Source: Deferribacterota bacterium (lineage in GTDB: Bacteria; Chrysiogenota; Deferribacteres; Deferribacterales; UBA228). From it: DNA of 42,438 bases. A model generated the notes under the pieces. It was not told where the DNA came from. It worked only from the letters and a program-made list of their open reading frames with translations, and searched no databases. The stretch spans positions 1-42,438 of the forward strand of contig JAXHVM010000001.1 in NCBI GenBank assembly GCA_034189185.1. The letters run 5' to 3'. Position 1 is the first letter of the stretch; every line of letters starts with the position of its first letter. Shown piece after piece: positions 28,622 to 37,071 of the stretch. The translations under genes and the position numbers were made by a program.

Positions 28622-30091
28622 TTAGATAGCACTTCTTAGTGTATTATATAGGTTTTTCATTACTTCAATTCTTGCATATTGCTTATTGTTAGAGGGTATA
28701 ATCAACCATGGTGCAAAAGATGTGTTAGTCCTCAAAAAGACCTCATTAGCACATTTTTCATACTCTTCCCATTTACTTCTATTTCTCCAGTCTTCTTCAG
28801 TAATTTTATAACGTTTCCATGGCAATTCTTCCCTTTCTTTAAATCTTCTTAATTGTTCATCCTTTGATAGGTGAAGCCAAAATTTTAATATTTTTATACC
28901 ACTATGAAATAATTGTTCCTCAAAACTATTTATTTCTTCGTATGCCCTTGACCATTCTGTGTAATTTGCAAGATTTTCAATTCTTTCAACTAATACTCGT
29001 CCATACCATGATCTATCAAAAATAGTGATAAATCCTTTGGATGGTACTTGGTTCCAAAATCTCCAGAGATAGTGAAATCGTTTTTCATAATCTGAAGGTG
29101 CTGTTGTTTGGTAAATATTGTACAACCTGGTGTCTATAACATCAGTTAGCCTTCTAATGCATCCACCTTTGCCAGCGGCATCAAAGCCTTCGAATACTAA
29201 AATAATACCTACTTTTTTATAATAACTTTTCCAGGTTATTTCATATATATTTTTTCCTAATTCTTTTAATTTTTTCTCATATTTATTTTTACTTAAGGTT
29301 TTTGACAGGTCTACATTGCTTAATATAGGTGGTATACTATTATTTATATGTTTTGGAAGTGTAGTGTTTATGCATACATTTTCTTGTTGCTTATATACAC
29401 TGAATAATTCGTGTATACTCTTTAATACATTTACTTTTAAATATCGTTTAGAGCGAGCATTTATTATGTTCCATCTAGCAAATGATGTGTCTGTAGTGAT
29501 TATAGCCTTTTCAGATGCTAATGAGAATTTTTCATAATATTTATAATTCCACTTAATTTCCTTAATAACATTTTCAATGGAGTTTCCAAAAATATTCTCT
29601 GCCTTCTTTATTACATTTTTCATTCTCTTTTTATCAATAAATAACCAAAATTTCAAAAAAACCGCTCCATCCTCAGCTAACATTTTTTCTAATTTTTCTA
29701 TATCTATGAGGTGATTTTCAAATTCTAAAGCGCTAATTTTGCCATTAACATAATCCTTTATAGGCTTTTTATACCATCCGTGTAGAAAAATAGCAGTTTT
29801 TCCTCTTTCAGGGAGCGCCTGCCAGTAATTATAAAGGTGAGGTTTTTCTTTGTTATATACCTTCTTCCATGAAGTATGTACCTTGACAAGACGCATATCG
29901 ATATGATGAGATATAAAATTCAGAAGTTTTTCTATTCCTGCTCCATAAAAACCAGAAATTATGATTATGAGTGGACCTCTATGATCTTTGAATTTATATT
30001 GTAGCGAAACGAGGTCGCCAATAATATTATTTATTGAGCTTTTATATTCATCCTTGCTTATATCAGTGCTATACTGGATATCATTAAACAC
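28622..30091 (-). CDS. ppk2: Two-domain polyphosphate kinase 2 family protein (polyphosphate:AMP/NMP phosphotransferase type)
   Basis: 489 aa with a GTG start. The C-terminal PPK2 domain has an intact P-loop, FEGFDAAGKGGCIRRL. The N-terminal PPK2-like domain has a degenerate loop, ISGFYGAGIEKLLNFI. Confidence 0.8.
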   Translation of the reverse strand: MFNDIQYSTDISKDEYKSSINNIIGDLVSLQYKFKDHRGPLIIIISGFYGAGIEKLLNFISHHIDMRLVKVHTSWKKVYNKEKPHLYNYWQALPERGKTAIFLHGWYKKPIKDYVNGKISALEFENHLIDIEKLEKMLAEDGAVFLKFWLFIDKKRMKNVIKKAENIFGNSIENVIKEIKWNYKYYEKFSLASEKAIITTDTSFARWNIINARSKRYLKVNVLKSIHELFSVYKQQENVCINTTLPKHINNSIPPILSNVDLSKTLSKNKYEKKLKELGKNIYEITWKSYYKKVGIILVFEGFDAAGKGGCIRRLTDVIDTRLYNIYQTTAPSDYEKRFHYLWRFWNQVPSKGFITIFDRSWYGRVLVERIENLANYTEWSRAYEEINSFEEQLFHSGIKILKFWLHLSKDEQLRRFKEREELPWKRYKITEEDWRNRSKWEEYEKCANEVFLRTNTSFAPWLIIPSNNKQYARIEVMKNLYNTLRSAI

Positions 30092-30153
30092 AACATAACG
30101 TTATACTTAATTGATGAAATTGTCAATTTAATAATGAAACCATCAATTTCTTC

Positions 30154-30167
30154 CAACTTCGCAAGTT
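30154..30167. repeat. Hairpin repeat, copy 3 (CAACTT-CGC-AAGTT; core ACTTCGCAAGT)
   Basis: Same core and flank as copy 1: CAACTTCGCAAGTTAAAATTTC versus CAACTTCGAAAGTTGAATTTC. Confidence 0.65.
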
Positions 30168-30179
30168 AAAATTTCATCT

Positions 30180-30193
30180 GACTTCGGAAGTTC
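30180..30193. repeat. Hairpin repeat, copy 4 (core ACTTCGGAAGT)
   Basis: GACTTCGGAAGTTC, followed by CCACTTTTTTATTT on the plus strand. It lies 26 nt beyond the stop of the minus-strand gene 30219..30524. Confidence 0.65.
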
Positions 30194-30218
30194 CACTTTT
30201 TTATTTAATAGTTAGAAT

Positions 30219-30524
30219 TTACATGAATATGTTGTCACCACTTTTATTGTTTAATCCAGGATGGATATCAAATCTGACTACGCCAACGGGAATTTTATTA
30301 TCAACTGCTTTAGTAACTTCAGCTGCACCTACGTTGCCAAAGCCACCACATAGCTCTATGGCTACAAAATTTTCTTCTAACAATTGTTTTGAAATTTTAC
30401 AGGCATCCTCATAGTTTTTACAAGCTATTACGTGTAGCTCAACATCAGGTGTTTTAACTATGCTTTTGTCTTTTGTAGGCTCAGCCTGAGGTGATAAAAA
30501 GATAAATGCTGCTTTTAATGACAT
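30219..30524 (-). CDS. Small conserved hypothetical protein (possibly DUF6506-like)
   Basis: 101 aa. Strong SD (GGAGG, 5 nt spacing). Motif AIELCGGFG...IPVGVVRFD. It lies 37 nt downstream of glpK. The family name is from memory and unverified. Confidence 0.6.
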   Translation of the reverse strand: MSLKAAFIFLSPQAEPTKDKSIVKTPDVELHVIACKNYEDACKISKQLLEENFVAIELCGGFGNVGAAEVTKAVDNKIPVGVVRFDIHPGLNNKSGDNIFM

Positions 30525-30561
30525 CTTTGCCTCCTATTAAAATAGTTAATATTATTTAATA

Positions 30562-32049
30562 TTATTTATATCCTCTTGTCGCTTTAATTGCAAGGCGCCA
30601 GTTTTTTATATATTGTTTTCTTTTATATTCATCCATAGATGGTTTATATTCAGATTCAATTTTAAGTAATTTTTCTATATCCTTTAAATCATTGTAAATA
30701 CCTACTGCAAGACCTGCAAATGCAGCTATTCCAAAAGCTGTAATCTGTGTTACTTTAGATTTAGCAACAGTTAAATTAGAGATATCAGCTAGATACTGTA
30801 ACATCCATTTATTATCGGTCATGCCACCATCAACCCTTAGTGCAAATAATTCAATCCCACAATCTTTGTTCATTGCGTCATATAAATCATATGTCTGGTA
30901 ACAAGCAGCTTCTAAAACAGCTCTTGCTAAATGTTCAATTTTTGTATTTCTTGTTAAGCCTACTATTATACCTCTTGCTTTAGAGTCCCAATAGGGCGCA
31001 CCAAGACCTGTAAAAGCAGGTACTATGTATACACCCTCATTGTCAGTTAGTTTTTTCGCCAAACTTTCTGTCTCTGCGGCTGTTTTAATTACTTTCAAAT
31101 TATCTCTTAACCACTGGACTGCCGCACCTGCGACAAATACAGACCCTTCAAGAGCATAAGTGGTTTTATCTTTTAATTTATATGCAACAGTTGTTAATAA
31201 CCTATTATGTGAATAAACAGGATCTTCGCCTATATTCATTATTGCAAAACACCCCGTTCCGTAAGTGCATTTTAAAATACCAGGTTCAAAACAAGCTTGA
31301 CCTACGGCAGCTGCTTGCTGATCCCCCAAAATTGCAGTTATAGGTATTTCACAGCCTATAATATTTTTATTAGTAACCCCATAAATATCTGAGCTACATT
31401 TTATCTCAGGTAAAATTTGTCTTGGGATAGATAATTCTCTTAAAATCTCATCATCCCAATCTTGCTTAGCTAGATTGAAAAGCATTGTTCTTGATGCATT
31501 TGTAGCATCTGTTGCGTGAACTTTCCCACCAGTTAAGTGCCATAATAAAAATGTATCTATTGTTCCAAAGGCTAGTTCTCCTTTCTTTGCTCTTTCCCTT
31601 AAATTTGTTATATTGTCAAGAAGCCACTTTATTTTTGTTGCAGAAAAATATGGGTCTACAACTAAACCAGTTCTTGAAGTTATTTCTTTTTCATAGCCAT
31701 TATTAATTAGATTAGTGCAGAGGTCTGATGTTCTTCTATCTTGCCATACAATGGCATTATATACAGGTTCTCCACTTTTTTTGTCCCAAATTATTGTAGT
31801 TTCTCTTTGGTTGGTTATGCCAATTGCTTCAATACTACCTTTGAGTTCATTAGCTTTTTCTATGGCTTTTTTACAGCTTGATATAGTTGTCTTTAAAATA
31901 TCATCGGGGTTTTGCTCTACCCATTGAATTTTAGGGTATATACATTGGAACTCGCTTTGAGCTAAATATTCGACGTCTCCATCTACAGATTGTAGAATAG
32001 CTCTTGAACTTGATGTACCCTGATCAATGCCTATTAAAAATTTTTTCAT
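30562..32049 (-). CDS. glpK: Glycerol kinase
   Basis: FGGY kinase motifs: IGIDQGTSSSRA, ITNQRETTIIWD, GDQQAAAVGQAC. GGAGG at 32055-32059 (minus strand) lies 5 nt before the ATG at 32049 and overlaps the upstream ATG at 32061. I therefore call 32049 as the start. Confidence 0.93.
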   Translation of the reverse strand: MKKFLIGIDQGTSSSRAILQSVDGDVEYLAQSEFQCIYPKIQWVEQNPDDILKTTISSCKKAIEKANELKGSIEAIGITNQRETTIIWDKKSGEPVYNAIVWQDRRTSDLCTNLINNGYEKEITSRTGLVVDPYFSATKIKWLLDNITNLRERAKKGELAFGTIDTFLLWHLTGGKVHATDATNASRTMLFNLAKQDWDDEILRELSIPRQILPEIKCSSDIYGVTNKNIIGCEIPITAILGDQQAAAVGQACFEPGILKCTYGTGCFAIMNIGEDPVYSHNRLLTTVAYKLKDKTTYALEGSVFVAGAAVQWLRDNLKVIKTAAETESLAKKLTDNEGVYIVPAFTGLGAPYWDSKARGIIVGLTRNTKIEHLARAVLEAACYQTYDLYDAMNKDCGIELFALRVDGGMTDNKWMLQYLADISNLTVAKSKVTQITAFGIAAFAGLAVGIYNDLKDIEKLLKIESEYKPSMDEYKRKQYIKNWRLAIKATRGYK

Positions 32050-32212
32050 TTTAACCTCCATGTCAAAGGTTATTAAAGATTTTAAAATATAATTAATATT
32101 ATATAATTTTAATAATTTTATGTCTATACAACTTGTTAATATATTTAAAACAATTATTATATAAAATCGAGGGAAATTAAACTTTAAATGAATTGAATAA
32201 CAAGTGTGGAGC

Positions 32213-32239
32213 TTGACATAGATGCAATAAAGATATAAT
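32213..32239 (+). promoter_or_regulatory. Sigma70-like promoter for the dehydratase-family/activase pair
   Basis: TTGACA (32213-32218), 15-nt spacer (short), TATAAT (32234-32239), then SD GGAGGG at 32252-32257. Confidence 0.35.
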
Positions 32240-32265
32240 TCTTATATTAATGGAGGGTGGCGTAT

Positions 32266-33549
32266 ATGGATAAGGAAAATAATTATAGGCAGATGTGGCA
32301 GTCCTTAGGTTTGGATTTAAATTCACATGATCTGCTTTTAAATGCCGTTAGCGATAATTATTCAAAGGTTTATCTAAGTCAAAAGAATAGACCTAAATCA
32401 ATGGATTATTTTAATTTTGTGATGCAAGAAGTTCATGGCTTGAGGATAAAAGAATTAATTGATTCAAAGAAAGAGGGTAAAAAGGTAATTGGCTCATTTT
32501 GTGTGTTTGTGCCTGAGGAAATAGTTAGAGCTACTGGTTCAACATTGGTGGGGCTTTGCACAGGTGCTGATTTTATGACAGAAAAGGTTGAGGAGATATT
32601 GCCTAGGAACCTATGTGCTTTAATAAAATCTGCTTTTGGCTTTAAATTAGGCAATGTTTGTCCCTATATTGAAGCCTGCGATATGATTGTAGGTGAAAAT
32701 ACCTGTGATGGTAAGAAGAAAGCCTATGAGACTTTGGATAATTTAGTGCCTAATCTACATATAATTGATTTACCACAAATGAAGACAGAGATTGGTAAAA
32801 AACTCTTAAAAAATGAATATATAAGATTTAAAGATGCTGTTGAAAAGTTAACAGGGCATAAAATTGATGTAGAAAGTTTAAAAAAAGGAATTGACATAGT
32901 TAACAACAAAAGAAAAGCTATAGATAGATTAAATAATTTAAGATCTTCAGAATGCATATCTATATCTGGGCTTGATTCACTTTTGATAAATCAAATCTAT
33001 TTTTATGATGATCCAATTCGTTTTACTGATTCTGTTAATAAATTATGCGATGAGCTTGAAGAAAGGATTAAAAGTGGTAGTGGGGTTAAAAATAAAGATG
33101 CTAAGAGATTAATTATTACAGGTTGTCCTATGGCTTTACCCAATTGGAAAATACCAAGCCTCATTGAAAAAAATAATGCAGTTATTGTAGGCGAGGAGTC
33201 TTGTGTTGGTGAAAGGGGTATTAGAAACTTAGTTAATAACACAGGGGAAACAGTAGATGAATTAATTGATGCAATAGTTGATCGCTATTTTCAAATTGAA
33301 TGTGCAATATTTACTCCAAACCCTGAAAGATTAAAGCATATAAAAGAGATGTATAAGAAATATAATGCTGATGGGGTTATTCACTATTCATTGCAATTTT
33401 GTCAACCCTATATGATTGAGTCATATAATATTGAAAAATCATTAGAGATGGAGGGGATCCCCACATTAAAAATTGAAACCGATTATAGTAATGAGGATAT
33501 AGGCCAGCTTAGAACAAGAATAGAAGCTTTTTTGGAAAGATTAGAATGA
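32266..33549 (+). CDS. 2-hydroxyacyl-CoA dehydratase / benzoyl-CoA reductase B/C-family protein, single subunit (double-cubane cluster protein-like)
   Basis: About 427 aa from the ATG at 32266 (SD GGAGGG 8 nt upstream; the track ORF starts at GTG 32257). Cys-rich family pattern: GSFCVFVPEEI, GLCTG, NVCPYIEACD, NTCDGKKK, ITGCP, EESCVGERG, LQFCQPYM, and the C-terminal GQLRTRIEAFLE. Confidence 0.75.
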   Translation: MDKENNYRQMWQSLGLDLNSHDLLLNAVSDNYSKVYLSQKNRPKSMDYFNFVMQEVHGLRIKELIDSKKEGKKVIGSFCVFVPEEIVRATGSTLVGLCTGADFMTEKVEEILPRNLCALIKSAFGFKLGNVCPYIEACDMIVGENTCDGKKKAYETLDNLVPNLHIIDLPQMKTEIGKKLLKNEYIRFKDAVEKLTGHKIDVESLKKGIDIVNNKRKAIDRLNNLRSSECISISGLDSLLINQIYFYDDPIRFTDSVNKLCDELEERIKSGSGVKNKDAKRLIITGCPMALPNWKIPSLIEKNNAVIVGEESCVGERGIRNLVNNTGETVDELIDAIVDRYFQIECAIFTPNPERLKHIKEMYKKYNADGVIHYSLQFCQPYMIESYNIEKSLEMEGIPTLKIETDYSNEDIGQLRTRIEAFLERLE

Positions 33550-33570
33550 AGTTGGTATAACTGATTGTAA

Positions 33571-34338
33571 ATGTTTGCAGGTTTAGATATAGGCTCAACA
33601 ACAATAAAGTTTGTTCTCTTAGATGATAGCAGGAATATTAACTATGAGATTGTAAAGACAGGATATGACCCTTCAAAAACTGTAGAAAAACTACTTAGTA
33701 AATATAGCTATTCTAAACTTGTAGCAACAGGTTATGGTAGATATATCTTAGAGAGTTATTTTGATGTTATTGATACTATCACAGAGATAAAAGCCTATGC
33801 AATAGGTGTTTTTAATTTATTTCCAGATGCAAGAACGGTATTAGACATTGGTGGCCAGGATATTAAAGTCATATCAATTGATAATAGTGGTAAAATTGCT
33901 AAATTTGAAATGAATGATAAATGTGCCGCAGGTACAGGAAAATTTCTTGAGATTATGGCTGAAACCCTTGGTTATTCTATTGATGAATTAGGTGATAATA
34001 AACATTTAACTTGTGATAAGCAGGTTGTGATTAATAGCACATGTACAGTTTTTGCTGAATCTGAGGTTATATCTCTATTAACAAAAGGGGAAAGAAGGGA
34101 GAATATAGCAAATGCAGTAAATAGGACAGTTGTGAAAAGAGCTGTATCAATGTTAAATAGAATAGGTATAGTTGAGTCTGTTGTTTTTGCAGGAGGGGTA
34201 GCTAAGAATAACTGTATTGTTTCAATGCTAAAGGAAACGTTAAATACCAATTTAATAGTTAGTAATATGCCTCAATTTATAGGCGCCTATGGAGCTGCAG
34301 TTTTTGCTTCTAAGAAGTTTAATAAAATTAATCACTGA
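33571..34338 (+). CDS. BcrAD/BadFG/HgdC-type ATPase (activase / reductase component)
   Basis: 255 aa. ASKHA motifs GLDIGSTTIKFVL and DIGGQDIKVI. Conserved Cys residues in NDKCAAGTGKF and NSTCTVFAESE; in HgdC-type activators these bridge a [4Fe-4S] cluster. Confidence 0.85.
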   Translation: MFAGLDIGSTTIKFVLLDDSRNINYEIVKTGYDPSKTVEKLLSKYSYSKLVATGYGRYILESYFDVIDTITEIKAYAIGVFNLFPDARTVLDIGGQDIKVISIDNSGKIAKFEMNDKCAAGTGKFLEIMAETLGYSIDELGDNKHLTCDKQVVINSTCTVFAESEVISLLTKGERRENIANAVNRTVVKRAVSMLNRIGIVESVVFAGGVAKNNCIVSMLKETLNTNLIVSNMPQFIGAYGAAVFASKKFNKINH

Positions 34339-34423
34339 AAAAGTGACAGAATAAATTTTTGTTAATATAAATCTAATTTATTATGCAGATTAATTATATA
34401 TTAAAAAAATTTTATAATTTTTG

Positions 34424-34452
34424 TTGAATTGTTTATTAACCAATGGTAACAT
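34424..34452 (+). promoter_or_regulatory. Possible promoter with embedded palindrome (candidate TetR operator)
   Basis: TTGAAT (34424-34429), 17-nt spacer, TAACAT (34447-34452). The spacer and -10 contain TAACCA-A-TGGTAA (34437-34449), an imperfect palindrome with the perfect core ACCAATGGT. Confidence 0.25.
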
Positions 34453-34490
34453 TATAATTAATATGGTTTATTTAATAAGGAGTGTTTTTT

Positions 34491-35123
34491 ATGGATATTC
34501 CGGCTACTTTTTTAGATTTTAAGAACCATGAAAGAAAAGTTAAAAGATCAATTATAATTAGGGCAGCATTAAAAGTATTTAGTGAAAAGCCGGTTCAGAA
34601 GGTTAGTATGAGAGAGATTGCAATAAATGCTGGCATATCTCATGCAAGTATCTATCGCTATTTTCACGATAAAGATGAATTATTTTTAGAAGTATTTTTG
34701 ATGGGCTTAGAAGAGCTAAAGAATAGATTAGATAACCTTATTGATAAGCCGGTGGATAAAAACATGTTAAACGAAACTGCTAATATACTTATAGATTATC
34801 TTAGTGAAAATGACCATTACTTTATGATGATGTCTCAGTTTATGATAGGTGGCAATTTCGATAATAAATTAACGCAAAATTTTAATAATTCAATGAAATC
34901 CTTTTTAGATCGAATAGAAATGGTAATTCAAAAGGAAGGTGGTAAAAACAGATTAAGATATTTAACTCATCTGTTTTTTTCAGGTATTAATGGAATTCTT
35001 ATAACGTTTATAAATTATCCTGGTAGAAAAAAAGAAGAGGTAAAAAATCATATGAAAAAATTGGCGTTAATTTTTGTTAATATATTTAGAGATAACATAT
35101 ATAAAGAAAATAATAGTTTATAA
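34491..35123 (+). CDS. TetR/AcrR-family transcriptional regulator
   Basis: HTH VSMREIAINAGISHASIYRYFHDKDELF. AAGGAG at 34477-34482 lies 8 nt before the ATG at 34491; the track ORF begins at GTG 34482, inside the SD. Confidence 0.85.
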   Translation: MDIPATFLDFKNHERKVKRSIIIRAALKVFSEKPVQKVSMREIAINAGISHASIYRYFHDKDELFLEVFLMGLEELKNRLDNLIDKPVDKNMLNETANILIDYLSENDHYFMMMSQFMIGGNFDNKLTQNFNNSMKSFLDRIEMVIQKEGGKNRLRYLTHLFFSGINGILITFINYPGRKKEEVKNHMKKLALIFVNIFRDNIYKENNSL

Positions 35124-35200
35124 ATGGTGCTAAAATCCCGCTAACTAGTGCAGGCAAAATAAACAAGGTTGAACTGCGTAAGATTATTAAGGGAATATAA
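35117..35200 (+). pseudogene. 3'-terminal remnant of an AMP-forming acyl-CoA ligase
   Basis: The short frame reads FINGAKIPLTSAGKINKVELRKIIKGI then a stop. This matches the extreme C-terminus of adenylate-forming ligases (..lPkTxSGKIxrxxLr..). A stop lies immediately upstream (TAG 35114-35116). The fragment overlaps the TetR stop codon. Confidence 0.5.
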
Positions 35201-35212
35201 TGGAGGTGTTAT

Positions 35213-36484
35213 ATGTTTTATAAAGAATTATTAAACAAACAAGAGAAAGATATTCAAAGGGAAGTCAGGGAATTTGCTAGAGACCGTATATCATCAGAAT
35301 ATATCCAGGCAATGGATAGAGATGAAATTAAATATCCCAGGGATTTTGTTAGAGAATTAGGTAAAAATAATTTATTGGGCCTCAGATTTGATCCAAAGTG
35401 GGGTGGAAGAGGGCTTACTTGGGGTGCAGAAGTACAAGCTGAGGAAGAAATCGGTGTTTTAGGTACTGCCCTTGGCTGTGCCTTTGTTATGCCTTCTATA
35501 GTAGGTGAGGCTCTTAGTGTCTTTGGAACAGAAAAACAGAAAGAAAAATATTTAAAACCAATATTAAGTGGCGAGAAAATATGTGCTGAAGCTTTAACCG
35601 AGCCAAGGGGTGGCTCAGATTTTTTTGGGGCTGCTACAGTTGCTGAGGAAAAGGGTGACCATTTTGTTATTAGGGGTCAGAAAAGATTTGTAGTAGGAGC
35701 AGCAGAAGCTGATATCTTTCTTGTATACTGTAGAACAAATCTTAGTGAAGATGCTAATAAATATCAGCGTATCAGTACTTTTATTGTTGAGCGTTGTGAT
35801 GAAATTGAAACAGAATATGTCTACGGTCTTCATGGCACAAGGGGTGGAGGCACAGGTAGGCTTGTATTTAGAAATGTAAAAGTGCCCAAGGAAAATATAG
35901 TAGGTGAACTGCACGGAGGTGCAATTGTTTTCAACCAAATGATGATACCAGAGAGATTAACCTCGGCAGCAGCAAGTTTAGGTATGGCACGGGCTGCAAT
36001 TGAAATTGCTACAAAATATAGCGACAAAAGGATTGCTTTTGGCAAACCTATTAGAAAGTTCCAGGGTGTTAGTTTTATGATAAGCGATGCGGTGACACAA
36101 TTAGATGCAGCAAGAAGTATAACATATATGGCAGCAAAAGCTATTGACAATGATGCTCCAAATAAGAGGAGACTTGTTAGCGAGGCTAAAAAATTTGCAA
36201 CAAAAATGGCGTGGGATGTAAGTAATATTGCTATGCAAGTGATGGGTGGTATTGGTTATACAGATGTCTATCCTATAGAGAAAATTGTTCGTGATTCAAG
36301 GCTTGCCCAAATTTGGACAGGTACAAATGAGATAATGAATCTACTTATTCAACATGAGTGGTATAATGAAATACTAAAAAATAGTTATGGTGCTAGAGAT
36401 ATTGAGAAAGATGCAGCTAATTCAAAGGCTGAACAAGAAAAATGCTATAATGATGACGATATGTGGAAAAGCTATAATAAATAG
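35213..36484 (+). CDS. Acyl-CoA dehydrogenase
   Basis: 423 aa with SD GGAGG. Motifs: CAEALTEPRGGSDFFG, FGKPIRKFQGV, IWTGTNEIMNLLI. It has a tail of about 40 aa beyond the usual ACAD end. Confidence 0.88.
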   Translation: MFYKELLNKQEKDIQREVREFARDRISSEYIQAMDRDEIKYPRDFVRELGKNNLLGLRFDPKWGGRGLTWGAEVQAEEEIGVLGTALGCAFVMPSIVGEALSVFGTEKQKEKYLKPILSGEKICAEALTEPRGGSDFFGAATVAEEKGDHFVIRGQKRFVVGAAEADIFLVYCRTNLSEDANKYQRISTFIVERCDEIETEYVYGLHGTRGGGTGRLVFRNVKVPKENIVGELHGGAIVFNQMMIPERLTSAAASLGMARAAIEIATKYSDKRIAFGKPIRKFQGVSFMISDAVTQLDAARSITYMAAKAIDNDAPNKRRLVSEAKKFATKMAWDVSNIAMQVMGGIGYTDVYPIEKIVRDSRLAQIWTGTNEIMNLLIQHEWYNEILKNSYGARDIEKDAANSKAEQEKCYNDDDMWKSYNK

Positions 36485-36524
36485 TCAGTTACATTTATTT
36501 TTTAAAAACAAATGTAACTGACTA
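36482..36524. terminator. Long perfect hairpin between convergent genes
   Basis: TAGTCAGTTACATTT (36482-36496) pairs with AAATGTAACTGACTA (36510-36524), giving a 15-bp perfect stem that starts in the ACAD stop codon. There is no clean T-tract afterwards, so the terminator function is inferred. Confidence 0.5.
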
Positions 36525-36609
36525 TAAATATTGATGTAACCACATATATTATATTTCGCTGTAATAATTTACTACACTAAAGTTAAAATAAGGAGGCCTT
36601 TATGCTATT

Positions 36610-37071
36610 CTAGCTCATTTTACTATTATTTTGATTATCTATTGTTATAATAGTTCCTTGAGCTATTGCGCATAGCTTTTTATCATCCTCCTTATTAACC
36701 ACATAAATATCGCTTCTACAAGCTGCCTGCCTTTTACTTGAATAGATTGCATTCCCATATGCTAAGAGGCTTTTTCCAATTGCTGGCCTCAAATAATTTA
36801 TTTTAAATTCAAGGGTCAGCACATTGGTCCCCAAGACAGAACCTCCTGCAAATGACAGAGCATTGTCTGCTGCATAGCTTAGTACACCACCATGGACAAA
36901 CCCATTTTGCTGTAAGTAATTTTCACTGATAGGTATTTCTAATATAACACTACCTATTTGGAAGTCTAATATCTTTGCTTCCAAGAATATACTAAAGGGT
37001 TCTTTTGATAATATTTTATTTGCTATTTCAATCAGCTGTTTACTATTATCATTCACATTATTATAATTCAC
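36610..37071 (-). CDS. PaaI/4HBT-type hotdog-fold thioesterase
   Basis: 153 aa. Motif NGFVHGGVLSYAADNALSFAG and the ...LEFKINYLRPA pattern typical of PaaI-family thioesterases. Confidence 0.8.
   Translation of the reverse strand: MNYNNVNDNSKQLIEIANKILSKEPFSIFLEAKILDFQIGSVILEIPISENYLQQNGFVHGGVLSYAADNALSFAGGSVLGTNVLTLEFKINYLRPAIGKSLLAYGNAIYSSKRQAACRSDIYVVNKEDDKKLCAIAQGTIITIDNQNNSKMS

Noticed and set aside
28609-28628. Perfect 20-bp palindrome TATCTAAATATATTTAGATA spanning the ppk2 stop codon, as a terminator
   Set aside because: The stem is almost pure A/T and has no following U-tract on the ppk2 strand. Such palindromes are common in AT-rich DNA, so it was not called as a feature.
18779-30193. 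Genomic island integrated at tRNA-Phe and bounded by the direct hairpin repeats
   Set aside because: There is no integrase, transposase or phage gene. The repeats are not derived from the tRNA 3' end. The enclosed genes (ppx, nifJ, lut, ppk2) are core metabolism with the same AT-rich composition as the flanks.
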